In this document: piece by piece, positions 1-7,461 of the stretch
Position numbering within the stretch: the stretch's first letter is position 1
Layout of the letters: each line of letters begins with the position of its first letter
IMG/VR virus record: IMGVR_UViG_3300049167_000097
Length of the DNA stretch: 20,000 nt
DNA from: an uncultured virus (IMG/VR IMGVR_UViG_3300049167_000097)
Taxonomy: Duplodnaviria; Heunggongvirae; Uroviricota; Caudoviricetes
Direction: 5' to 3' (one strand)
Translations under genes and position numbers: made by a program
Notes under the pieces: generated by a model
The model's input: the letters and a program-made list of their open reading frames with translations, nothing else
The model's database searches: none
What the model was told of the DNA's origin: nothing

Positions 1-49
1 CGCCGTCGCGGGCGTCACGGCCGGGCTTCTCGTCCGGGTTCCAGGTCAC
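1..49 (-). CDS. 5' part of a hypothetical protein (MTWNPDEKPGRDARDG...), runs off the window
   Basis: GTG at 49 overlaps the upstream TGA (GTGA); AAGGGG upstream; frame open to the window edge. Confidence 0.5.
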   Translation of the reverse strand, partial: MTWNPDEKPGRDARDG

Positions 50-225
50 AGGCGCCCCTTGGTGCTGCGGATGCCGTACTGCTGGCGGATTTCGGTGGGG
101 GTGAGTGACCAGCTTTCGGGGCCGGTGGTCGGGTAGTAGACGGGTTCTCCGTGGCGGCCGGGTCCTGCGGTGGGTTCCCAGGTGTCGCCGTTGCCGTCGG
201 TGATCTGGGCGGGGAAGTCGGGCAT
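46..225 (-). CDS. Hypothetical protein, 59 aa (MPDFPAQITDG...)
   Basis: AAAGGA RBS before ATG 225; C-terminal part of track ORF 46..765. Confidence 0.7.
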   Translation of the reverse strand: MPDFPAQITDGNGDTWEPTAGPGRHGEPVYYPTTGPESWSLTPTEIRQQYGIRSTKGRL

Positions 226-236
226 GGCGTTTCCTT

Positions 237-422
237 TCAGGTCTGGACTGTCCAGCGGCCGTTGCCGCCGCGGATGGTGAAGCCGGGGCCGCTGATCCGG
301 CTGGGGGTGACGGTGCCGATGCCGAGCTGGTCTATGCGGGCGAGGAGGTCGGCGATCTGTGCGGCGTATTCGGCGGCCTGCTGCTCTCGGCGGCGGAGGT
401 CTTCGGGCTTTCCGGTGAACAT
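237..422 (-). CDS. Hypothetical protein, 61 aa (MFTGKPEDLRRREQQ...)
   Basis: TGAAAGGA RBS overlapping the previous stop, ATG 422; C-terminal part of track ORF 237..998. Confidence 0.75.
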   Translation of the reverse strand: MFTGKPEDLRRREQQAAEYAAQIADLLARIDQLGIGTVTPSRISGPGFTIRGGNGRWTVQT

Positions 423-433
423 GCGGATTCCTT

Positions 434-913
434 TCAGTGCAGGTTGGCGGCGGTGTTGAGCATGCGGATGACGGTGTCGGGGTTGGTCTGGGCGTCGTTC
501 CACGAGGGGAGGGTGTCTGCCTGGAAGTGCTGCTGAATGACGTCGAGGAGGCGGGCGCAGGCGTCGTCGGCGCGCCCGCGGTCGGGGCCGGCGGCGGCTC
601 GGATGGCTTCGACGGCGCACACGGCGCCCTGCTCGTCTCGGAGGCCGCCGCGGGTCCAGCCGCGTGCACGAATGACGTTGATGGCGGCGAGGAATACGGC
701 GGCGAGCGGACAGCCCTGGGGCTGCGGGGCGAGGGCGGGCAGATCCACAAACTCCAGCTCCACAACCGGCGAGTTGGGCTGGTGGGCGGTGTTCACGTCG
801 AAGCGGAGCTGGGCCTGCTCGAGACGGAGGGTCATCGACGCGTCCGCGATGGCGAGGCGCGTGTCGAGGTCGACTTGGGTCGGGGTTGCGGTGCGGGTGA
901 GGGTCGTGGTCAT
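434..913 (-). CDS. DUF6197-like protein, 159 aa
   Basis: Motifs RGWxxG...GAVCAVEAI...WNDAQT..VIRML; GGAG RBS. Confidence 0.8.
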   Translation of the reverse strand: MTTTLTRTATPTQVDLDTRLAIADASMTLRLEQAQLRFDVNTAHQPNSPVVELEFVDLPALAPQPQGCPLAAVFLAAINVIRARGWTRGGLRDEQGAVCAVEAIRAAAGPDRGRADDACARLLDVIQQHFQADTLPSWNDAQTNPDTVIRMLNTAANLH

Positions 914-994
914 GTCGTGGTGCTCCGGTGGTCTGGGGACTGTCGGGCGGGCGAGGGGCGCTCCGTGTGCTGGCAGGCCGGGGAGCGCCCCCGG

Positions 995-1396
995 TCACCA
1001 GAAGCTGCGCTTACTCCGGCCGCTGGCCTGGTCGTTGCGCAGGTTCTGCTTCTCGAGTTCGCGGATCTCGCGCGCGTTGAGGTGCCGGTTCTGCTTCCGG
1101 TCGAGTGGTCCGGCGACCTGGGGCCCGGGGGTAGCGACGTTGCGGACACCCTTGGGCTTCTCGGTGTAGACGGGCCCTTCACGGAGGACGAGGCCCTCGA
1201 CGGACAGCGAGCCGGAGATCATCCAGCCGGGCATGAGCGGGTGCCGGTAGGACACCGTGTACTCGGAGTACAGGTGGCTGTCCTCGTAGGGTGCGAGGTT
1301 GGTGGCGACCTTCTTCAGGACGTACAGCTTCTGGCCCTCGCGGACCTCTCGGTCGGCGCGCTTGGCGTCTCGCTTAGTGCGCTGGTACACGGTCAT
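995..1396 (-). CDS. Hypothetical basic protein, 133 aa
   Basis: AAGGAG RBS, typical codon usage, same strand as the transfer genes. Confidence 0.85.
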   Translation of the reverse strand: MTVYQRTKRDAKRADREVREGQKLYVLKKVATNLAPYEDSHLYSEYTVSYRHPLMPGWMISGSLSVEGLVLREGPVYTEKPKGVRNVATPGPQVAGPLDRKQNRHLNAREIRELEKQNLRNDQASGRSKRSFW

Positions 1397-1433
1397 CAGG
1401 TTCTCCTTAGAGTCGGGATGTTTCGTGCATTTC

Positions 1434-1590
1434 GGGTGCTAGACGGCGCGGCTGTGCCGCTAAGCCGCAGGTCAGGGGTGCTAGGGGGCCTGCTATCGGG
1501 TGGTCAGGTAGCACTCGGCTAGCAGGCGCGACCAGAGGACGTAGCGGCCCTGACCTGCGGGTTAGCAGGCTCGACCACCTCGATAGCAGG
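1434..1590. repeat. Phased, convergent GCTA/TAGC repeat array with a 25-bp inverted repeat; candidate clt (cis-acting locus of transfer)
   Basis: (T/C)GCTA at 1437, 1458, 1479, 1491; TAGC(A/G) at 1509, 1520, 1542, 1563, 1584; IR 1459-1483/1542-1566 (22/25); directly downstream of traB. Confidence 0.65.
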
Positions 1591-1597
1591 GGGCATA

Positions 1598-3727
1598 TCA
1601 GGTCAAAGAGTTCAGGGCTTCGAGCTTGTATCCGCGGGGGTTCTTCTCACCGTCGAGCGCGCCGAGCTGCACCGGGGAGCCGGCGCCCGCGTCGCGGAGC
1701 AGGGCCTTCAGCCGGTCGGCCGTCAGGTCTCCATAGGCTGTCGGGTCGTGCTCAGCAAGCGCCGCTACGAGGGCCTCAGTGCGCATGCGGTCGACGCCGC
1801 GCTTCCGGTACAGATCCGCGGCGTCTGCAGCCGCGACCTCAGCTTCGGTCCCAGTACTGGCCGTCTCGCCCGGCACGGCATCGCAAAGACGCAGCAGCTG
1901 CGCCCAGCTGAGGAGTTTGACCGGCGCCTCCTTTTTGAGGTTGCCGTCGTTGTCGTACTGCGGCTCGACGTACTCGGGCAGGTCAACATGAGCCATCGCG
2001 TCGAGGCTGTCCTGATCAGGATCGAGAAGGCCAGCAGCAAGACGCTCGGCCGCCAGCTTCCGCAGGACAGCAGAAGGCGTCTCATGAATGGCGTACTCGA
2101 TCGGCTCGTCGGGCCTTCCAGGCACGCCCTGGATGTAGATGTGCCCGGCGTCCTTCGAGTCGGTCTGGGTGGCTGGCGAGAGACGGTGAGGCAGCCACCC
2201 TTCCCTGACGGAGTCGTCACCGAAGACAGCACGGGTGTCGCCGACCTTGCAAGGACCGACGCCCTTGAGGGCGACCATCTGGGCGAAGTTCTCCCCCAGG
2301 TACAGCTTCGTGCCGCCCTGCGCCGCGATCTCCACCTCGATGAGCTCCTTGCGGCCGACGAGCAGGAGGTCGAACGCGAGGCGTTTCGCCAGGTCGGAAC
2401 CCTTCGGGAACTCGTCGAAGTAGATCGTGATGGCGGGGTGCGTGGGGGTAGCGATCCACTTCTTACCCATGCCGAGCTTCTTGCGGAGCCTGGCGCGGGC
2501 CTTGGACATGACGAGGAAGAAAAGTAGGACGGCTTCGATCTGCTCGTTGCTGCGTGCGGTGATCCGGACGGCGTCGTAGAGGTCTTCTAGGCCGTCGCCG
2601 TGCGGGTCAAGGTCGATGGTGATGTTGTCGCGGCATGCCGTCGTGCCTTCGGCGAGGGCCTGGAGGATGCCGGTCTTGCCGCCTCCGGATGCGGCGACCC
2701 AAAGGCCCATGACGCCGGCGAGGTTGATGTCGAGGGGGTCGCCGCCAACGGATGTGCCGATACGGAAGGAGTCGTTGATGGACAGGGACTTGGGTGCCCG
2801 GTAGGGCATGGCGGGAGCGGTGGCGAAGGGGTCGCCTTGAACGAGTCGGAGAACGGCACACGCCCGACGTTCGATCATGGGCTGGGGGCGGACACCGTTC
2901 GTCGGCAGATCGAAGCGAGTCTCGAGGTCGCCCGCAACCTTGATGACGTCCTCAGGGGTGCCTTCGGAGACGCGGATTACGCACTGCCAGCCCCACGGCT
3001 GCCGCTGCATGCTGGAGACCTCGGCGACGGGGACGCGCTCGGCCAGCAGGGCGAGAAGCACGCATGCCGATGCCTGCGCGGGCGTCTCAGCCAGGGCCAG
3101 TGGGAACGGTTCGGCGCCTTCGGGCAACTGGTCAACGGTCATGCCGTCGCCTGTCGAGGAGCTGCCGACGGCGAGGGCAGGAGAGCCAGCCGGCAGACCG
3201 GAGCACACGGCTGGCCGACCGTTCCACGCGCCGGTGATGTAGCCGGCGAGGCCGATGGCTAGGTCGACCCACAGGCCGCCGACAGCGAGGCCAACTGTGC
3301 TGCTGGCGCCGATGACGCTTGCCCAGGCAGCAGACTTGCCGGTGTAGATGAGGCGGTGGCGCAGGTAGTCGGACCGCCGCTGCCGGACGGTGTCCTTGAG
3401 TTTGGTCTCTTCGTCGACCTTGTCCTTGGCGCCCTTCAGGGCCTTGCGGGCGGAGCAGATCATCTGCGGGTAGTCGTCGCGGTAGCCGTCGATCCAAGCG
3501 CGGCCGATGTTGGCGTAGCCGCGGGGCACCCACGGGAGGTAGCCCCGGTTGTCGGCGACGTGGCGCTTCGCGGCCTTGAGGCGTGCGGTCTGGGACTCGA
3601 TCCATGCGGGGCGGGCCTTCTCGACCTGGTGCTCGACGACCGTGCCCTCGACAACGTCAGGCAAGTCTTCGACAAGGCTGAGCGCCGGCCGGACGACGGC
3701 CTGCTCGGTGTACGGGGCGGTGGTCAC
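1598..3727 (-). CDS. traB: TraB-like FtsK/SpoIIIE conjugative DNA translocase, 709 aa
   Basis: N-terminal hydrophobic segments; Walker A AASGGGKT (2672-2695); Walker B IYFDEF; C-terminal winged-helix-like region; kor/spd context. Confidence 0.85.
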   Translation of the reverse strand: MTTAPYTEQAVVRPALSLVEDLPDVVEGTVVEHQVEKARPAWIESQTARLKAAKRHVADNRGYLPWVPRGYANIGRAWIDGYRDDYPQMICSARKALKGAKDKVDEETKLKDTVRQRRSDYLRHRLIYTGKSAAWASVIGASSTVGLAVGGLWVDLAIGLAGYITGAWNGRPAVCSGLPAGSPALAVGSSSTGDGMTVDQLPEGAEPFPLALAETPAQASACVLLALLAERVPVAEVSSMQRQPWGWQCVIRVSEGTPEDVIKVAGDLETRFDLPTNGVRPQPMIERRACAVLRLVQGDPFATAPAMPYRAPKSLSINDSFRIGTSVGGDPLDINLAGVMGLWVAASGGGKTGILQALAEGTTACRDNITIDLDPHGDGLEDLYDAVRITARSNEQIEAVLLFFLVMSKARARLRKKLGMGKKWIATPTHPAITIYFDEFPKGSDLAKRLAFDLLLVGRKELIEVEIAAQGGTKLYLGENFAQMVALKGVGPCKVGDTRAVFGDDSVREGWLPHRLSPATQTDSKDAGHIYIQGVPGRPDEPIEYAIHETPSAVLRKLAAERLAAGLLDPDQDSLDAMAHVDLPEYVEPQYDNDGNLKKEAPVKLLSWAQLLRLCDAVPGETASTGTEAEVAAADAADLYRKRGVDRMRTEALVAALAEHDPTAYGDLTADRLKALLRDAGAGSPVQLGALDGEKNPRGYKLEALNSLT

Positions 3728-5040
3728 TTCGACTCCTCAGAGGCGGTGGCGCGGGAAGGTGCGGCGGTGCGTTCGAGGCGCGCCTGCGTTCGAGCAAGCT
3801 GGCTCGGCGGCGGCGCGTCGCCAGGACGTCGGCGGGGTGGCGTGCCGCCGTTGTTACGGCGTCCGTCGGGGGCGTTCGGGTCGCGCTTCGTGTGAGCAGG
3901 TCGATGGGAATTGATCAGCGAAAACGAGCCCACGATCGGCGTTTCGGTAGCGGTCCGCATACGAGCCTCAGCGGCGCGTGACTGGGCTTCGATTTCGGCG
4001 GTGATTCCGACAAGCTTTGAGCCGGTAACGCGGTACCAGGCGTCGGACCAGATCTGCTCTGTCACGTACTCCGAACCGCGGGCGGAGCGCAGCGCGTCGG
4101 CAACCGACCAGACGTCGGGGTGGTGCTGCTTGCGGTCGGCGTCGCGGCGCTTCTGCTCCTCGCGGGCGCGTGACTCCGCGAGCTGCCTGGCGGCCTCCGC
4201 GGCGTGTTCGGCGTCCCGCTTTTCGCGCTGCGCCTTCTCACGAGCGGCGTCGGCCTCGTCCTTGGACCGGTCGGCTGCTCGACGCTCCCGCCATGACGGG
4301 ATGCCGTCGGCCTTCTGAGCGATGCCGTGCTCGTAGGCCATGAGGACGATCGGCCCGCCAAGGGAGGCGATGGCCCCGATCAGGCCGGCGTTGAACCCGA
4401 TCTCCGACTTGGTCAGGCCGCCGTGCAGGTTGATCGCTGCGGCGATGGAGGCGGAGACCATGATGCCGACCCGGTACGGGGCGACGTCCCTACGGTGAGC
4501 GACGGCCCACGCGGCACCGAGCGCGAGCACCAGTGCGAGGCCTTCAAGGAGGATGGGCGCCGCGAGGAGGAACTTCCGCGCCGGGTCCCAGAAGTGGAGC
4601 AGCTGCACCGGAGCCGCAATCACAAGGCCGACGGCGTAGATGCCGCGGGCGCCCCACTTCCACAGGTTCTCACTGCGCTCCTGCTCCTCGGCGCGTGCGG
4701 CTTCCTCGGCGGCCGCGTCGGCTGCTGCCTTCTCGGCCTTCTCCCGCTCGGCGTTGGCCTTGGCGGTCTTCTCAGCCTGCTCCGCGATGTAGCGATCGTG
4801 CGCAGCCTGATCCTTCTCCTGCTTCAGACGGGCTCGGTCGTTGGCGAGGCGTTGCTTGGTCGCCTCCTCGACGGCGAGGATCTCGGCGGCCTTGGCCTCC
4901 CCTTCGGCCTTGATGCGGAGGGCTTCGGCTTCGGCTTCGGCGCGGGTCCGGATGGCGTCCGCCTCGGCGATCGCAACCGGGTCGAACCGCGTTTCGGCGA
5001 CGGCGTGCCCGTTGACCTTCTCGATGGCGGAGGTGCTCAC
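3724..5040 (-). CDS. Spd-like (SpdB/DUF2637-type) membrane protein with coiled coils
   Basis: Ala/Glu/Lys coiled coil, about four hydrophobic segments, second coiled coil, basic tail; GTGA-coupled to traB; GTG 5040 preferred over TTG 5049 by RBS spacing. Confidence 0.7.
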   Translation of the reverse strand: MSTSAIEKVNGHAVAETRFDPVAIAEADAIRTRAEAEAEALRIKAEGEAKAAEILAVEEATKQRLANDRARLKQEKDQAAHDRYIAEQAEKTAKANAEREKAEKAAADAAAEEAARAEEQERSENLWKWGARGIYAVGLVIAAPVQLLHFWDPARKFLLAAPILLEGLALVLALGAAWAVAHRRDVAPYRVGIMVSASIAAAINLHGGLTKSEIGFNAGLIGAIASLGGPIVLMAYEHGIAQKADGIPSWRERRAADRSKDEADAAREKAQREKRDAEHAAEAARQLAESRAREEQKRRDADRKQHHPDVWSVADALRSARGSEYVTEQIWSDAWYRVTGSKLVGITAEIEAQSRAAEARMRTATETPIVGSFSLINSHRPAHTKRDPNAPDGRRNNGGTPPRRRPGDAPPPSQLARTQARLERTAAPSRATASEESK

Positions 5041-5061
5041 GACGATCAATCCCTTCGGCGG

Positions 5062-5286
5062 TTAGGCGTGCTGGCGGTGGCGCGGGGCGGGGATGCGGAT
5101 GGTCCGCGGGGGCTGCTGCTGGCTGAGCCACTGGTCGATGACGAACGCGGCGGCGACGAGGAGGACGAGCCCAATGCGGGTTCCGGGCGGCGGGGTGAGG
5201 CCGAACAGCCAGGCCAGGCCGGCGACGAGGACGGCGACTCGGGCCCGGTGGGCGATGGCGGTCAGGTCGAGGATCATGACGGTCAC
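5062..5286 (-). CDS. Small two-TM membrane protein, 74 aa (possible Spd accessory)
   Basis: Two hydrophobic helices; GTGA overlap with upstream gene. Confidence 0.7.
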   Translation of the reverse strand: MTVMILDLTAIAHRARVAVLVAGLAWLFGLTPPPGTRIGLVLLVAAAFVIDQWLSQQQPPRTIRIPAPRHRQHA

Positions 5287-5474
5287 CGCTCCGGGGTAGT
5301 GCGCCGGTACTGGTCAAGCTCGAACGGGTGGATCCCCGCCTCACGGGCGGCGTTGAAGTTGGTCCGTGCGATCGCGACGTCGGCCTGGGACGGCTTGGTG
5401 CCGTTCTCGTAGTGATCGACCATCTCGTCGGCGGATGCTGCGGCCTGGCGTGCGAGATGCTCACGCTGATTCAT
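5283..5474 (-). CDS. Hypothetical protein, 63 aa (probable paralog of 6075-6251)
   Basis: GAAGGAG RBS; shares AAS.D..V.H...G..PS.A....A...YRR pattern. Confidence 0.8.
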   Translation of the reverse strand: MNQREHLARQAAASADEMVDHYENGTKPSQADVAIARTNFNAAREAGIHPFELDQYRRTTPER

Positions 5475-5558
5475 TGGGGTTCTCCTTCACTGGTCGGGGC
5501 GGGCGGTCTGGCCGGTTCTCCTCACCGCCCGTGCGAGACGGGCGGATCGGGCAGCCGG

Positions 5559-5759
5559 TCAGTGGCCGCAGGTGCCGTTCACGCAGGGGACGTTGCAGTG
5601 GCCGCACGATTCGTCGCACTTCTCCAGGTAGCGGCCGAGGGTGGCCTTCGAGATCGCCTTGGCGGCCTTGATGCCCTTCTCGCCAGCGAGCTTCTTGCCG
5701 GTGTTGTGGAGGGCGTCGACGGTGCTGTCGAGCAGGTCATCGATCTTCTGTCGGGGCAC
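5559..5759 (-). CDS. Hypothetical protein, 66 aa, Cys/His-rich C-terminus
   Basis: AAGGAGG RBS before GTG 5759; ends CDESCGHCNVPCVNGTCGH. Confidence 0.75.
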   Translation of the reverse strand: MPRQKIDDLLDSTVDALHNTGKKLAGEKGIKAAKAISKATLGRYLEKCDESCGHCNVPCVNGTCGH

Positions 5760-5791
5760 TGGGTCCTCCTTCCTTCGGGTTCGGTAGCTGG

Positions 5792-5986
5792 TCAGGCGGC
5801 GAGGTCGGCGAGGAGCTGGGTGCCGTGGACGATGTCGTGGCCGGCGATGAGGGCCTCGACGCGGCGGAGTTCGAGCTCGTCGCCGTTGTGCAGGGCCCAT
5901 GCGTGGCGGGCGGTGAGCTCGCGGCGTGCTTCCTGCTCGGCCTCGTAGGCGTCGAGGTCGGCGGCGGAGATGAGGCGGAGGGACAT
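5792..5986 (-). CDS. Hypothetical protein, 64 aa
   Basis: GAAGGAG RBS; typical codon usage. Confidence 0.8.
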   Translation of the reverse strand: MSLRLISAADLDAYEAEQEARRELTARHAWALHNGDELELRRVEALIAGHDIVHGTQLLADLAA

Positions 5987-6074
5987 GGGGGTGCTCCTTC
6001 GAATCGGTGCGGGATGGTTGGGTGCCGGGGCGTGGGGCGCGGGGGTTGGAGTCCACGCCCCGGCGGTCGGGGGG

Positions 6075-6251
6075 CTACCTGCGGCGGTAGCAGCGGACGT
6101 CGGCGGCGGTGGTGCCGTCCGCGGCGGCCCGGTCGAGCTGCTGGTGCGCGGCCCGGATCTCCGCCTCGGACGGGTGCGGGCCCTCGCGGTTCAGGTGGGC
6201 GACGACCTTGTCGACGGACGCGGCGAGGGCTTCGGCGGTGGTCTTGGGCAT
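6075..6251 (-). CDS. Hypothetical protein, 58 aa (MPKTTAEALAAS...)
   Basis: GGAAGG RBS before ATG 6251; similarity to 5283-5474. Confidence 0.75.
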   Translation of the reverse strand: MPKTTAEALAASVDKVVAHLNREGPHPSEAEIRAAHQQLDRAAADGTTAADVRCYRRR

Positions 6252-6344
6252 GGCTGTGAACCTTCCGGTGGTCAAGCGGATGGATTGGTGAGCCGCGCTG
6301 ACGGGGGCGGGGGTGGTCACCCGCCAGCGCGGCGGTCATGGGAG

Positions 6345-6497
6345 TCAGGCGAAACCACCGGCCTGCTTCTCGCAGGACACGGCCTCGGCGCGGCAGGTGG
6401 TGGCGAGGTCGTCCTTGCCGTCCCGCTGCGCCTGGTCGGCGATGTCGCGCCACTCCTGAGCCTTGGCGAGGAGCTGGTCTCCGGTGAGTGCAGGCAT
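6345..6497 (-). CDS. Hypothetical protein, 50 aa (MPALTGDQLLAK...)
   Basis: GAAGGGA RBS before ATG 6497. Confidence 0.7.
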   Translation of the reverse strand: MPALTGDQLLAKAQEWRDIADQAQRDGKDDLATTCRAEAVSCEKQAGGFA

Positions 6498-6581
6498 GAC
6501 GATTCCCTTCAGGGCAGTGAAAGCGAGGGGGTGAGGGTGCCTCGGGCGTGGGGCGCGGGATGGGGACACGCCCGAGGCGGT

Positions 6582-6743
6582 CTAGCGGCGCGCGGTCAGT
6601 GCGCAGTCGCGGAGGTACTTCGCCTGCTCGATCGCGGCCTGCGCTTCACGCGCGGCTTCCTGGGCGCGGCGGGTCTGCTCGGCGAGCTGGGCGTCCGCGG
6701 CAGCTTTGGCCTCGGCGGCGGCCTTGGCTTCGTCGGTCGTCAT
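6582..6743 (-). CDS. Ala-rich helical hypothetical protein, 53 aa
   Basis: ATG 6743 lies 4 nt after the previous stop; coiled-coil-like composition. Confidence 0.6.
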   Translation of the reverse strand: MTTDEAKAAAEAKAAADAQLAEQTRRAQEAAREAQAAIEQAKYLRDCALTARR

Positions 6744-6747
6744 GACG

Positions 6748-6939
6748 TCACCAGCCCATGGCCGGCTGCTCGGCGTGAGCGGCAGCCGCTTCGAAGGCGA
6801 GCCGGGCGGACTCCTGGTACAGGAGCAGCGAGCCGGCGGACGGGTGCTGGGGGTTGGAGGCAATCTCCGCGGCGCGGGCGGCAATGCCTTCGGCGCGGTG
6901 CTGCTCCTCGTAGGCGAATGCCTGGGCGGTCATGGTCAC
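6748..6939 (-). CDS. Hypothetical protein, 63 aa
   Basis: GTGA overlap with upstream ORF; typical codon usage. Confidence 0.65.
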   Translation of the reverse strand: MTMTAQAFAYEEQHRAEGIAARAAEIASNPQHPSAGSLLLYQESARLAFEAAAAHAEQPAMGW

Positions 6940-7088
6940 CAGCCCCGGATCGCGATGGCGCGGCGTCGGGCGGGGGTGCCGGCGGGCGGGAGTGGCGGGT
7001 ACACGGTCTGCTCGACCATGACGCCGGCCTTGATGCGGCCCGAGACGAGCGGGCGGCGCGTGTCCGTGGCCTTCTGCTGGCTGGTCAT
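6936..7088 (-). CDS. Hypothetical protein, 50 aa (MTSQQKATDTRRPLVSGRIKAG...), not in the ORF track
   Basis: TGATG overlap with the xis-like gene and GTGA overlap with the next gene; fills the gap exactly. Confidence 0.65.
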   Translation of the reverse strand: MTSQQKATDTRRPLVSGRIKAGVMVEQTVYPPLPPAGTPARRRAIAIRGW

Positions 7089-7315
7089 CACGCCACCGCC
7101 TTAGCGCCTGGGGTAACGACGCGGGCCCTGAGGAAGCGGTCGACCGAGTCGGCCGAGACCCGAAAGCGGGAGCGGTCTCCGCTGCCGATGTCGATGGCTT
7201 CGAGGTGGCCAGCGTGGATCAGTTCTCGCACGTACTGGGAGGTGGAGCCAATGCGGCTGGCTGCCTCTCCTGTGGTGATGAAGCCGCTCTTGGGAGCGGC
7301 GGGCGTGGACGTCAT
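7088..7315 (-). CDS. Excisionase-family (HTH_17) DNA-binding protein, 75 aa
   Basis: FITTGEAASRIG...YVRELIHAGHLEAIDIG...FRVSADSVDRFL pattern; GGGAG RBS. Confidence 0.85.
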   Translation of the reverse strand: MTSTPAAPKSGFITTGEAASRIGSTSQYVRELIHAGHLEAIDIGSGDRSRFRVSADSVDRFLRARVVTPGAKAVA

Positions 7316-7364
7316 TGGGTGCTCCCATGCAGTCGGCTGGGCTGACGACTACATAGAAGCAGAG

Positions 7365-7396
7365 TGCTCTAGAGCAAGGCAAGGAGCACTAGAGCA
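7365..7396. promoter_or_regulatory. Tandem palindromic operator pair (putative Kor boxes)
   Basis: Perfect TGCTCTAGAGCA 7365-7376 and AGCACTAGAGCA 7385-7396, 20 bp apart, upstream of the xis-tra unit. Confidence 0.75.
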
Positions 7397-7419
7397 ATCA
7401 TTGCTGTTTCAAGACAGCG

Positions 7420-7447
7420 AAAAGCCCCCACCCGGGAGGGCGGGGGC
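7420..7447 (-). terminator. Intrinsic terminator after the GntR gene
   Basis: Minus strand GCCCCCGCCC-TCCC-GGGTGGGGGC-TTTT, one G-U pair. Confidence 0.75.
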
Positions 7448-7461
7448 CAGGAAGTGGCAGG

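Noticed and set aside
437..1522. 361-aa plus-strand ORF
   Set aside because: Antisense shadow of two RBS-supported minus-strand genes; crosses intergenic repeats.
2672..2695. TraB inactivation because Walker A begins with Ala
   Set aside because: [AG]xxxxGK[ST] permits Ala; GKT and Walker B are intact and the frame is uninterrupted.
4327..5412. 361-aa plus-strand ORF
   Set aside because: Shadow of the spd-like gene and neighbours; no recognisable motif.
6021..6582. Repeated hairpins as a CRISPR array or integron attC sites
   Set aside because: Repeats are not identical, intervening DNA is coding and of variable length, there is no cas or intI gene, and no attC core sites were seen.
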